From contig JBJLBP010000001.1 in NCBI GenBank assembly GCA_045568075.1, forward strand, positions 1,380,001 to 1,412,000: 32,000 nt of DNA, given 5' to 3'. The stretch comes from Candidatus Thalassarchaeaceae archaeon (lineage in GTDB: Archaea; Thermoplasmatota; Poseidoniia; Poseidoniales; Thalassarchaeaceae). Position numbers and translations under genes: made by a program. Below the pieces are notes generated by a model. The model saw nothing but the letters and a program-made list of their open reading frames with translations, ran no database searches and had not been told where the DNA came from. Within the stretch, counting starts at the first letter, position 1, and each line of letters begins with the position of its first letter. Shown one piece after another: positions 16,293 through 23,794 of this stretch.

Positions 16293-18299
16293 ATGGGAGA
16301 TTCAGCCGTTATTCGGACCCGATTGATCGCATTCTCGATACTCGGGATGATGTTGGTTCCAGCACTTGCTGCGGCCCTCCCTGCAGTCTCGAACCCCCAG
16401 CAAATCTCCAACACTTACGCTGAACAAATTGGCGAGTGGTGGGAAGATACCAGCATGGATCGCGATGGAGATTACATTCACGATGCGATTTGGATTGCCG
16501 CACAGAACAATCACTACGAGTATCTCGATGATGCTGGAAGGATTTCCGTAATCGTTGATTTCGACCATACGCCGACGGAGGCCGACCAAGCCATGCTAGA
16601 ATGGGAGGTCGGCTTTCAGACACAGTTCCGGTACTGGTTGATTGACTCCATTGCTGGAACTGTCGAGCTTAGTCTCATACACAATCTGCTCGAGTTGCCT
16701 GGTGTAGTCTTCATCGAATTGGATGGGATTTTGGAAATCAAAATGGAAGATGTCGTCCCAGCTCACGGAGTCGACCTAGTTTGGCAAGACACCGGCTACA
16801 CTGGCGCTGGAGTGACCATGGCCATAATCGATACTGGAATCGATGGAAATCACTCTGGTTTGGATGATTTGGATGATGACAATAGTACAAACGATACGAA
16901 AGTAATAGCATTCTACGACGCGATCAATAATCCGGGGGCGACCAATGGAAGCGAAATTTTCCCCTATGACGATAATGGGCATGGAACTCATTGCGCTGGA
17001 ATAACCGCAGGAACTGGGGCACCTACATTCCAACACGTTGGTGTTGCGCCACATGCCAATTTAGTAGGCGTGAAAGTTCTGAGTGGGAGTGGGAGTGGCT
17101 CTTTTGCACAAGTTATGGCAGGCATGCAATGGACCGTCGAAAAGAGACATGAGTTCAATATCAGAGCTGCCAGTATGAGTCTTGGCGGCCCTGGCCCGAT
17201 TGAGTGGACTTCCGCGGAAGAGGAATCTGTCAATAGAATGGCAAATGAGATGATGAGATCAGGAGTGGCTCTTTTCATAGCAGCAGGAAATAGCGCCGGA
17301 AGTGCAACTATCGGCACACCAGGTAGTGCTGAAGACGTGATTACTGTAGGTGCATTGGACAAGGATACCGCAATTGCGGTATACTCCAGTCAGGGACCAA
17401 CTGAAGAAGGGCGGATTAAGCCAAATCTGGCATTTGTAGGCAGCAGTGTAAACGCTCCTGATGCGAATACTGGGGACGGTTACGTCGCTCTGTCAGGGAC
17501 TAGTATGGCTACTCCGGGTGCAGCGGGTGTGGGTGTCTTGATGTTCCAAGCGAACCCAGATCTCAGTCCATTCGATATTCGTAACATTATGCAGGAGACT
17601 TCTACTTACAGACAGTGCCACTACATGTTTGCAAACGAACCCTGCGCTGAGGACCTGATTCCTAAGAATCGTCAGAATAACGTATACGGGCACGGACATG
17701 TCAACGCTCAACCTTCAGTCGAAGAGGCCGCGAATTACCACTACGAACTCAGTATGTCGCTGAATGTGACACTTGAGAGCGAGTATGGAATGGATAATCG
17801 AGTGCACATCGGTCAAGGGGATTCGATTGTATTCAACTTGGAAGGTGGAATTCAGCGAGTACAATGGCGCACTTGGGATATGCGAGATAATTGGATGGAT
17901 CTGGCTGAGTTTTCTGTTGGCGACGAGACTTTTGAGGTTACACACGGGCTGTTAGTGGACCGGCTCCGTTTCCTTCCAAACAACACTGTCGAAGGTGACC
18001 AAGTGGTTCTGGTTCGCGCCATCTCTGGTGACGAGTCTTCAACCAATCTAGCCGTTGGGATCCATGTGATGGGTGAAGAAAAGATGGCTGAGAGTGGTGG
18101 AGCTGGATCACTGATGGGGCTGATTGTCGGTGTACTAGCATTACTGGTTCTCGTGCTCCTGGGCGTGCTCGCTTTCGCGGGAGTTCAACTGCGTGAAAGG
18201 GGCTACTTTGACAATGAAGAAGAGTATGATCAGGAGATGGATGCCGCCGTCGAATCAATGATGAGCGGTGACGATGACGCAGTTGATGATGGCGATTGA
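16293..18299 (+). CDS. membrane-anchored subtilisin-like serine protease (S8)
   Basis: 668 aa. Signal peptide LIAFSILGMMLVPALAAALPA, propeptide-like region, and triad motifs MAIIDTGIDGNH, HGTHCAGITAGTG, SGTSMATPGAAG. C-terminal TM helix LIVGVLALLVLVLLGVLAFAG is followed by an acidic tail. Its N-terminal half resembles the protease half of the 1482..5195 fusion. Confidence 0.9.
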   Translation: MGDSAVIRTRLIAFSILGMMLVPALAAALPAVSNPQQISNTYAEQIGEWWEDTSMDRDGDYIHDAIWIAAQNNHYEYLDDAGRISVIVDFDHTPTEADQAMLEWEVGFQTQFRYWLIDSIAGTVELSLIHNLLELPGVVFIELDGILEIKMEDVVPAHGVDLVWQDTGYTGAGVTMAIIDTGIDGNHSGLDDLDDDNSTNDTKVIAFYDAINNPGATNGSEIFPYDDNGHGTHCAGITAGTGAPTFQHVGVAPHANLVGVKVLSGSGSGSFAQVMAGMQWTVEKRHEFNIRAASMSLGGPGPIEWTSAEEESVNRMANEMMRSGVALFIAAGNSAGSATIGTPGSAEDVITVGALDKDTAIAVYSSQGPTEEGRIKPNLAFVGSSVNAPDANTGDGYVALSGTSMATPGAAGVGVLMFQANPDLSPFDIRNIMQETSTYRQCHYMFANEPCAEDLIPKNRQNNVYGHGHVNAQPSVEEAANYHYELSMSLNVTLESEYGMDNRVHIGQGDSIVFNLEGGIQRVQWRTWDMRDNWMDLAEFSVGDETFEVTHGLLVDRLRFLPNNTVEGDQVVLVRAISGDESSTNLAVGIHVMGEEKMAESGGAGSLMGLIVGVLALLVLVLLGVLAFAGVQLRERGYFDNEEEYDQEMDAAVESMMSGDDDAVDDGD

Positions 18300-18846
18300 C
18301 AAGGCAATCATCCTCGCCGCCGGAGCGAGCGAGCGTTTGGGTGAACCCAAGGCCCTCGTCCAGTTGACTAATGGCTTGACACTTGTTGAATTCATGGCAA
18401 ATCTACTACATTCTTACCAGCTTGAAGTAATCGTCGTAACACGGGAAAACTTAGTCCAACCAATAGGTCATATTCTCAAGGAATTGGGAGCGAAAATCGT
18501 TCTCAATCGCGACCCTGAGGCGGGGCGCACTGGCAGTATCCAATGTGGGTTGAGAGCCATAGGAAGCGGACCGGTTCTCATCGCACCTGTCGACCGCCCT
18601 GGATTCGGTAGCGAAACCATCGAAGCCATGCTCGAGGCTGGCACCACCGCTTGCCCAGTCTATGGTGGGCGCGGTGGACATCCAATCGCACTCTCAGCGT
18701 CGGATTGTGAACGAGTTCTCAAAGCCGCACCAGACACGCCGCTACATGACCTCATAGAACCGCAGCGTATCGAGGTAGATGCGCCTCATCTTCATCTCAA
18801 TATCGACACCAAAGAAGATGTTGAGGAACTTCTCCGAATCTACTAA
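18286..18846 (+). CDS. mocA: MobA/MocA-like molybdenum cofactor nucleotidyltransferase
   Basis: AIILAAGASERLGEPKALV N-terminal motif and the ~190-aa size of the MobA-like NTP-transferase family. Candidate ATG starts at 18286 and 18289 overlap the protease stop at 18299. It is linked to XdhC and an XDH-family enzyme. Confidence 0.7.
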   Translation: MMAIDKAIILAAGASERLGEPKALVQLTNGLTLVEFMANLLHSYQLEVIVVTRENLVQPIGHILKELGAKIVLNRDPEAGRTGSIQCGLRAIGSGPVLIAPVDRPGFGSETIEAMLEAGTTACPVYGGRGGHPIALSASDCERVLKAAPDTPLHDLIEPQRIEVDAPHLHLNIDTKEDVEELLRIY

Positions 18847-18865
18847 GATGCTGAAAGGCCTCAAC

Positions 18866-18888
18866 CGATGTTGAACTACAAAACATCG
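18866..18888. terminator. hairpin CGATGTT-(9 nt)-AACATCG between convergent genes
   Basis: 7-bp perfect inverted repeat in the 76-bp gap between the mocA-like gene (+) and the permease gene (-), read directly. Confidence 0.25.
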
Positions 18889-18922
18889 TCATTGAGTTCA
18901 AAACAACGAAAATCGAGGGAAA

Positions 18923-20191
18923 TCAGGGCTGGAGAAGTCTCTCGATTTCGGGATATTCCCCCATTGCCCAGAGGAAAGCAAGACCGATGAGAAGAGCAGG
19001 TAGTGTAGTGTGAATTGTTGCCCAAATCGAGGCGGTCTTGTGCCTGACCAGAAGTGGGAACAGAGCATCGCCGTCCTGTGATATTGCATTAGCAACCAGT
19101 GCAGGGAAGGATATGATGCCCTCGACATATGCGGTGATGGCGATAATCTGAGGTCCGCAACCGGGGATCAGACCAATACCGGCTGCGACGAAAACCGCCC
19201 CGACACCAGCACCATGCTCGGCGAAGTCACCATCATCCATACCGAAAGCAATCATTCCGAAAGCGAAGGCAAGGTAAGCGATGAGAACCCAGAATGTGAC
19301 GAAGGCGGTTTCCGAAGCAGCGTGAACGAGGGTTTCATCCAACGAATGCAACTTGTCTCCAATCGTCGCTTCTGTATCATCAGAAAAGAAATTTTTCGAT
19401 GAAAGATAGAGAATAATCGAAAGCGATGTTCCAATCAACCCCACCCATGTGATTAGACCATCTCGAGTCATCGGATCCCATGCGAGTTCGGGCGCGTATT
19501 CGGCGTCTTGAGCATACCAAAAGAGTAGCATAATCGCGAGAACTAAACCAACTGCTGTGACTGCCCACCAAACTCGATAACCTTGGTGAATAATCTGGTA
19601 ACCCAAGCCATCTGGTACTTCTCTAGGAAGATCATCGAGCACCGAATCCTTGCTTTGCAAATCTAAACCAACATCGTCTTCCAACTGCTTGGCGGCCTCT
19701 TCCCCCAGCGATTCCTTCGAGCCAAAGGTTGGGCCGAATCGGCCCAGTGGACGAGAGGGAGTGACACCGATTGCATCAGCCCCGTACCCCCACGCGACTC
19801 CTACGAAGAATGAGGTCGCGTGGACGATTAAGACCGGCGCGAGAAATTCTGGATTTTGGAAGACCGCGCCGATTAGAACGAAAGCAGCATCGCCAAGAGT
19901 GGCGATGAGTGTGGCGATCACGGTGCCATAAGTGACGTAGCCACGAGTATACATTGGCATGATGATGATTGCACCACCGCAACCGGGAGTCAGACCCATG
20001 AAGGCACCGAGGGTCGGTTGCCAGCGCTTATTGTCGCGAATCCATTCAACAAAACGGCCCGCAGTAATGTATTGCAACCAACTGAACAAAAGCACCATCG
20101 CAGCTACGAAAACTGTGACTGCAAGAAAGGCGTCTCGCATCGAAATGACGAGAATTTCGAGCGCCTCACCAACGGTGATGTTGAACGCCAC
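18923..20191 (-). CDS. polytopic membrane permease with duplicated PGCG motif (possibly the ArsP_2/DUF2899-like putative metal transporter family)
   Basis: 422 aa with about 10 hydrophobic segments. Two related motifs, GLTPGCGGAIIIMPMY and GLIPGCGPQIIAITAY, sit in the two halves. GTG start at 20191. The family name is from memory and is tentative. Confidence 0.6.
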   Translation of the reverse strand: MAFNITVGEALEILVISMRDAFLAVTVFVAAMVLLFSWLQYITAGRFVEWIRDNKRWQPTLGAFMGLTPGCGGAIIIMPMYTRGYVTYGTVIATLIATLGDAAFVLIGAVFQNPEFLAPVLIVHATSFFVGVAWGYGADAIGVTPSRPLGRFGPTFGSKESLGEEAAKQLEDDVGLDLQSKDSVLDDLPREVPDGLGYQIIHQGYRVWWAVTAVGLVLAIMLLFWYAQDAEYAPELAWDPMTRDGLITWVGLIGTSLSIILYLSSKNFFSDDTEATIGDKLHSLDETLVHAASETAFVTFWVLIAYLAFAFGMIAFGMDDGDFAEHGAGVGAVFVAAGIGLIPGCGPQIIAITAYVEGIISFPALVANAISQDGDALFPLLVRHKTASIWATIHTTLPALLIGLAFLWAMGEYPEIERLLQP

Positions 20192-20322
20192 GGAGCGCCT
20201 CGGTTGGTATCAACCATATCAAAGTTAGCCGAGGCTAACTCTTGACTAGTGAGGAGAAAGGCGTCGCTATTATCGCAATGATATCGGACACAACTCCAAA
20301 ACGGACATGCGTATCGCGCTCT

Positions 20323-21156
20323 ATGACCAGCGCCACGCTCGCTTGGGTCCTCGAGAGGCTCGGATGCGGTGATCGGGTTGCGCTCGCCTCTGTCGTCGAA
20401 GCAAGTGGTAGTGTTCCGGGCAAGCCAGGAGCGCGCATGGCTGTGACCAATCGCGGTAGAAGGCACGGCACTGTCGGTGGTGCGGGTTTAGAACTCAAGG
20501 TGGAGAATCATCTCAACCAAATGCTTGTCAATGGATCGAATGCAAGTCGAATCGAAACATACGTGCTACATAGAGATGCGAAGGGCCAAGAAGTAACCGC
20601 TCTCAACAGCCTTTGCGGCGGTCGCGTGACCGTCTCTCTGGAGGTGCTTGAACCAATGCCACACATACTGATTGCTGGCGGTGGACATTGTGGGCAAGCG
20701 ATAGCTGCCGCCTGCGATAATCTCGGATGGTCTCACAGCGTCTACGACATTCGCTCGGAATATGCTGCAGGCGACCTATATCCGAACGCCGTCGAGAACC
20801 ATGATGGAGACGTGGACGGCTTTGTAGCAAGCCTCGCAGATGAAGGTTTTCTGCGCTTCTCAGATATTCTTCTGCTCGGCCACGATTGGGCGGTCGACCA
20901 AGACCTGCTAATCGGGATGCTTCGAGCCCGTGGAGAAGAGTTACGACCGCGTATCGGAGCGATTGGTTCGCGCTCGAAATGGAAGGCTTTCAGTCAAGCT
21001 CTAATCGATGCCGGAATCACCCAAACAGCAATCGATTCTGTTCGCTGTCCAATCGGCATCGACATCGGCGCAGAGAGTCCTGAAGAAATTGCAATCGCCG
21101 TCTGCGCCGAGATCATGGCACTAGAGAAAGGCACTCTCATGAACGACGAAAACTGA
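20323..21156 (+). CDS. xdhC: XdhC/CoxI-family molybdoenzyme maturation protein
   Basis: RVALASVVEASGSVPGKPGARMAV...GTVGGAGLE (XdhC N-domain pattern) and a Rossmann-like ILIAGGGHCGQAIAAA (XdhC C-domain). Start placed at the ATG at 20323. Upstream in-frame ATG 20278 and TTG 20242 are alternatives. Confidence 0.85.
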   Translation: MTSATLAWVLERLGCGDRVALASVVEASGSVPGKPGARMAVTNRGRRHGTVGGAGLELKVENHLNQMLVNGSNASRIETYVLHRDAKGQEVTALNSLCGGRVTVSLEVLEPMPHILIAGGGHCGQAIAAACDNLGWSHSVYDIRSEYAAGDLYPNAVENHDGDVDGFVASLADEGFLRFSDILLLGHDWAVDQDLLIGMLRARGEELRPRIGAIGSRSKWKAFSQALIDAGITQTAIDSVRCPIGIDIGAESPEEIAIAVCAEIMALEKGTLMNDEN

Positions 21157-21167
21157 AAGGTGTCCGG

Positions 21168-22409
21168 ATGGGCCGCAGAATCATGCGTCCAACCGCAATC
21201 GCGCTCGTACTGATGTTATCATCTGCGATGCTCAGCGGTTGCATTTGGGATGATGAAGTCACAACCAACGTACCCGAAGTCGAAGATGATGGTTTTCGAG
21301 CCTTCAGTGTAGTCGCCCCAATCGACACTGGAATCAACGTCTACCACGACCACTTTCGGACTAACGAAACACTCCCTGATTGGATGCTTGAACAATTTGG
21401 CGTGACAATGACTTGTGAATTGACCTTCGAGGGTACTTGGGAGGATCGTTATGAGGCTGATAGAGCGACTTGCTGGGACCTCATCAACGCTACCGATATC
21501 GTTTACTTCCCCGGCACCAGAATCATCGGCGCTACACCCGATGATGATACAGATATTCCAATCCTTGACGACCCTCAAGACGGTCACGGCACGGCAGTCA
21601 CAGGAGCGGTCCTAAACGCCAATCCAGACGCTGTGATTTTCTTCGTCGAGGGTTTCTCCGATGCAGCGGTTCTAGCAGCAGCAAACCAGCCGCTTGTTGA
21701 CATCATTACTACCAGTTTCGGGCCGATAGGATCGGTACCTGTCACCGGTATCGAACAAGCGACTAAGGTCGCAGTGGTCCATAACAAGAAAATTCACACT
21801 GGAGCCGCCGACAATTCACCTTCACCCGCGGTGCAAGACGCTACAGCCGGCCCACCTTGGAGCATAGGCATCTCAGGATATGCTGAGGAGGATGACGATC
21901 AGAAAGAGACCATGAGCGGCTCCTATCCAGACGCTGCTGCGGATTGGACCCAAGTCCTTCCAAACCACGACGATATCGATGGATACCATCAGACCAGCGG
22001 CACCTCATTCGCAACACCGCGAACCGCTGGCCTGCTCTCCAAAGTTCTCCAACACCTGCGCGAGGAATTCGGCGATGACTCAAGCGGTGCCGACCCTATA
22101 GTGCGCAGTGGCCTCATCGTCAACGGAACAGATTACTCGGCCACCGAAACGGACATCCGCAACGCCCTCAATCTCTCAGGGTGGTATCCAAGTGCCAATA
22201 CTTGGGACCCGACATCTGGAACAATGCCGATCTCACCCATCGCTCCCTGCACACAGGTTGGTTGGGGAGTCGTCAATGAGTCGAACGTCCTACCGATGAT
22301 CAAACATCTGAATGGCACTGAACAGATGCCAAATCGACCCTCGGACGTAGTTCAATGCATGGCGGCTAACCAAGCGATGCGAGAAGCCTATTGGTCCTTC
22401 AGAGCCTGA
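21168..22409 (+). CDS. divergent S8-family peptidase, probable lipoprotein
   Basis: 413 aa. Signal sequence with lipobox-like LSGC. D-H-S order motifs APIDTGINVYH, DGHGTAVTGAV, TSGTSFATPRTAG. AAGGTG lies 8 nt upstream. The gene starts 12 nt after the xdhC stop. Confidence 0.7.
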   Translation: MGRRIMRPTAIALVLMLSSAMLSGCIWDDEVTTNVPEVEDDGFRAFSVVAPIDTGINVYHDHFRTNETLPDWMLEQFGVTMTCELTFEGTWEDRYEADRATCWDLINATDIVYFPGTRIIGATPDDDTDIPILDDPQDGHGTAVTGAVLNANPDAVIFFVEGFSDAAVLAAANQPLVDIITTSFGPIGSVPVTGIEQATKVAVVHNKKIHTGAADNSPSPAVQDATAGPPWSIGISGYAEEDDDQKETMSGSYPDAAADWTQVLPNHDDIDGYHQTSGTSFATPRTAGLLSKVLQHLREEFGDDSSGADPIVRSGLIVNGTDYSATETDIRNALNLSGWYPSANTWDPTSGTMPISPIAPCTQVGWGVVNESNVLPMIKHLNGTEQMPNRPSDVVQCMAANQAMREAYWSFRA

Positions 22410-22518
22410 TATTCTTACAAAAATAAACCAAATAGGCGAGATTCTTCGGTTTCTCTCGTCACTTCACAGCGACACTTTAAGCCCGGTCAATTGAATACTA
22501 CCGCCACAATTTCGTGCC

Positions 22519-23166
22519 ATGCGTAAGGTGGTGCTGAGGTGGCGGCTCTCGACCATCGAGGCTTCGAAAGATCTTTCTCGCCTCCTCAAAATCTTCGATC
22601 GCTTCGAAGTACTTGCCCACCTTGGGGTGTCTCCGATCGGCATCGTGCAATTGGCTGAGGTCGAAGTCAAAGAAGGAAGAGATATTCACGAATTGAACGA
22701 ACTCGATAGCTTTCAAGTGATGGAAATCCATGAGGAATCTGAAGATGGAATCCTCGCCAGTATCCTTTGCAGTCACAGTTTGGCGAAGTCAGCAATTGAA
22801 CTCTCAAACCTGCATCTCCAGCCACCTTACGGCATTGATTCAAAGCGCGGTATGGAGATGCGAGTAACCGGTTTAACTGGGGCAATGCGACGATTTCTCG
22901 CACTCCTCAGAGTCATCTTGCCCCCGGACAAAGTCAGCGTCATTACGATGCGAGGAGAAGTGGTCAATGGATGGAGCCAAATGCTGACGAATAGGCAACA
23001 AGAAGTCTTGTCATTTGCATCGGAACGAGGCTACTATGAGGATGGAAAGAATTTGACGATTAAGGAGCTCGCAGATGAGATGGGAATTTCCCGCTCGACT
23101 TTCGGCGGCCACCTGCATGAAGCAGAACGAGCCATAATGCGAAAGGCAGGTTCCGACCTTGAATGA
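22519..23166 (+). CDS. HTH_10 (bacterio-opsin activator-type) DNA-binding regulator
   Basis: C-terminal LTNRQQEVLSFASERGYYEDGKNLTIKELADEMGISRSTFGGHLHEAERAIM is the typical euryarchaeal HTH_10 domain. It lies 54 nt upstream of the Mo-enzyme operon. Confidence 0.8.
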   Translation: MRKVVLRWRLSTIEASKDLSRLLKIFDRFEVLAHLGVSPIGIVQLAEVEVKEGRDIHELNELDSFQVMEIHEESEDGILASILCSHSLAKSAIELSNLHLQPPYGIDSKRGMEMRVTGLTGAMRRFLALLRVILPPDKVSVITMRGEVVNGWSQMLTNRQQEVLSFASERGYYEDGKNLTIKELADEMGISRSTFGGHLHEAERAIMRKAGSDLE

Positions 23167-23220
23167 GTCCGTAGGACTCAGACCGAAGCGTAATAGGACA
23201 ACCATCAGTGGATTCGACGC

Positions 23221-23790
23221 ATGGTGCAGCACCGGCTTCCAATGCTTCCCTCGACGGGGGAAGTTCCTTGGGCAGCCTTGGTGAATGGTGTTGAGAAGCA
23301 GTTGAACATCGAGGGGAATGCGATTCTGCTCGATGTTCTACGTGACCAGGCGGGGAGTCTGGGCACGAAGCGAGGCTGCGATATGGGAACTTGTGGATGC
23401 TGCTCGGTACTGATTGATGGGCAGCCTCGACTCTCCTGTTTGACGCTTGCAGCTGAGGCAGATGGCTGTGACATTACCACTGTTGAAGGGCTTGCTGACG
23501 GGCACCATCTACATCCGATTCAAGAGATGTTTACCGAGTGTGGAGGGTCGCAGTGCGGCTTCTGCACCCCGGGATTCTTGGTTGTTGCATCGGCGCTATT
23601 GGAAGATAATCCAAATCCTAGCGACGATGAAATCAAGTGTGCAATCGAAGGAAATCTTTGCCGCTGCACCGGTTACCAACAGATTGTAGATTCGGTGCGA
23701 GCGGCATCTGAAATTCTGACTTCAGGCAAGAATATCGAGGATTCAACCTCGCCAAAGAGCGATCCTCATCCTGGATTTTCTGGAGAGTGA
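23221..23790 (+). CDS. xanthine dehydrogenase-family small subunit, two [2Fe-2S] clusters (CoxS/HcrC-like)
   Basis: GCDMGTCGCCSVLIDGQPRLSC (plant-type cluster) and CGFCTPGF...NLCRCTGY (second cluster). Confidence 0.95.
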   Translation: MVQHRLPMLPSTGEVPWAALVNGVEKQLNIEGNAILLDVLRDQAGSLGTKRGCDMGTCGCCSVLIDGQPRLSCLTLAAEADGCDITTVEGLADGHHLHPIQEMFTECGGSQCGFCTPGFLVVASALLEDNPNPSDDEIKCAIEGNLCRCTGYQQIVDSVRAASEILTSGKNIEDSTSPKSDPHPGFSGE

Positions 23791-23794
23791 TTCG

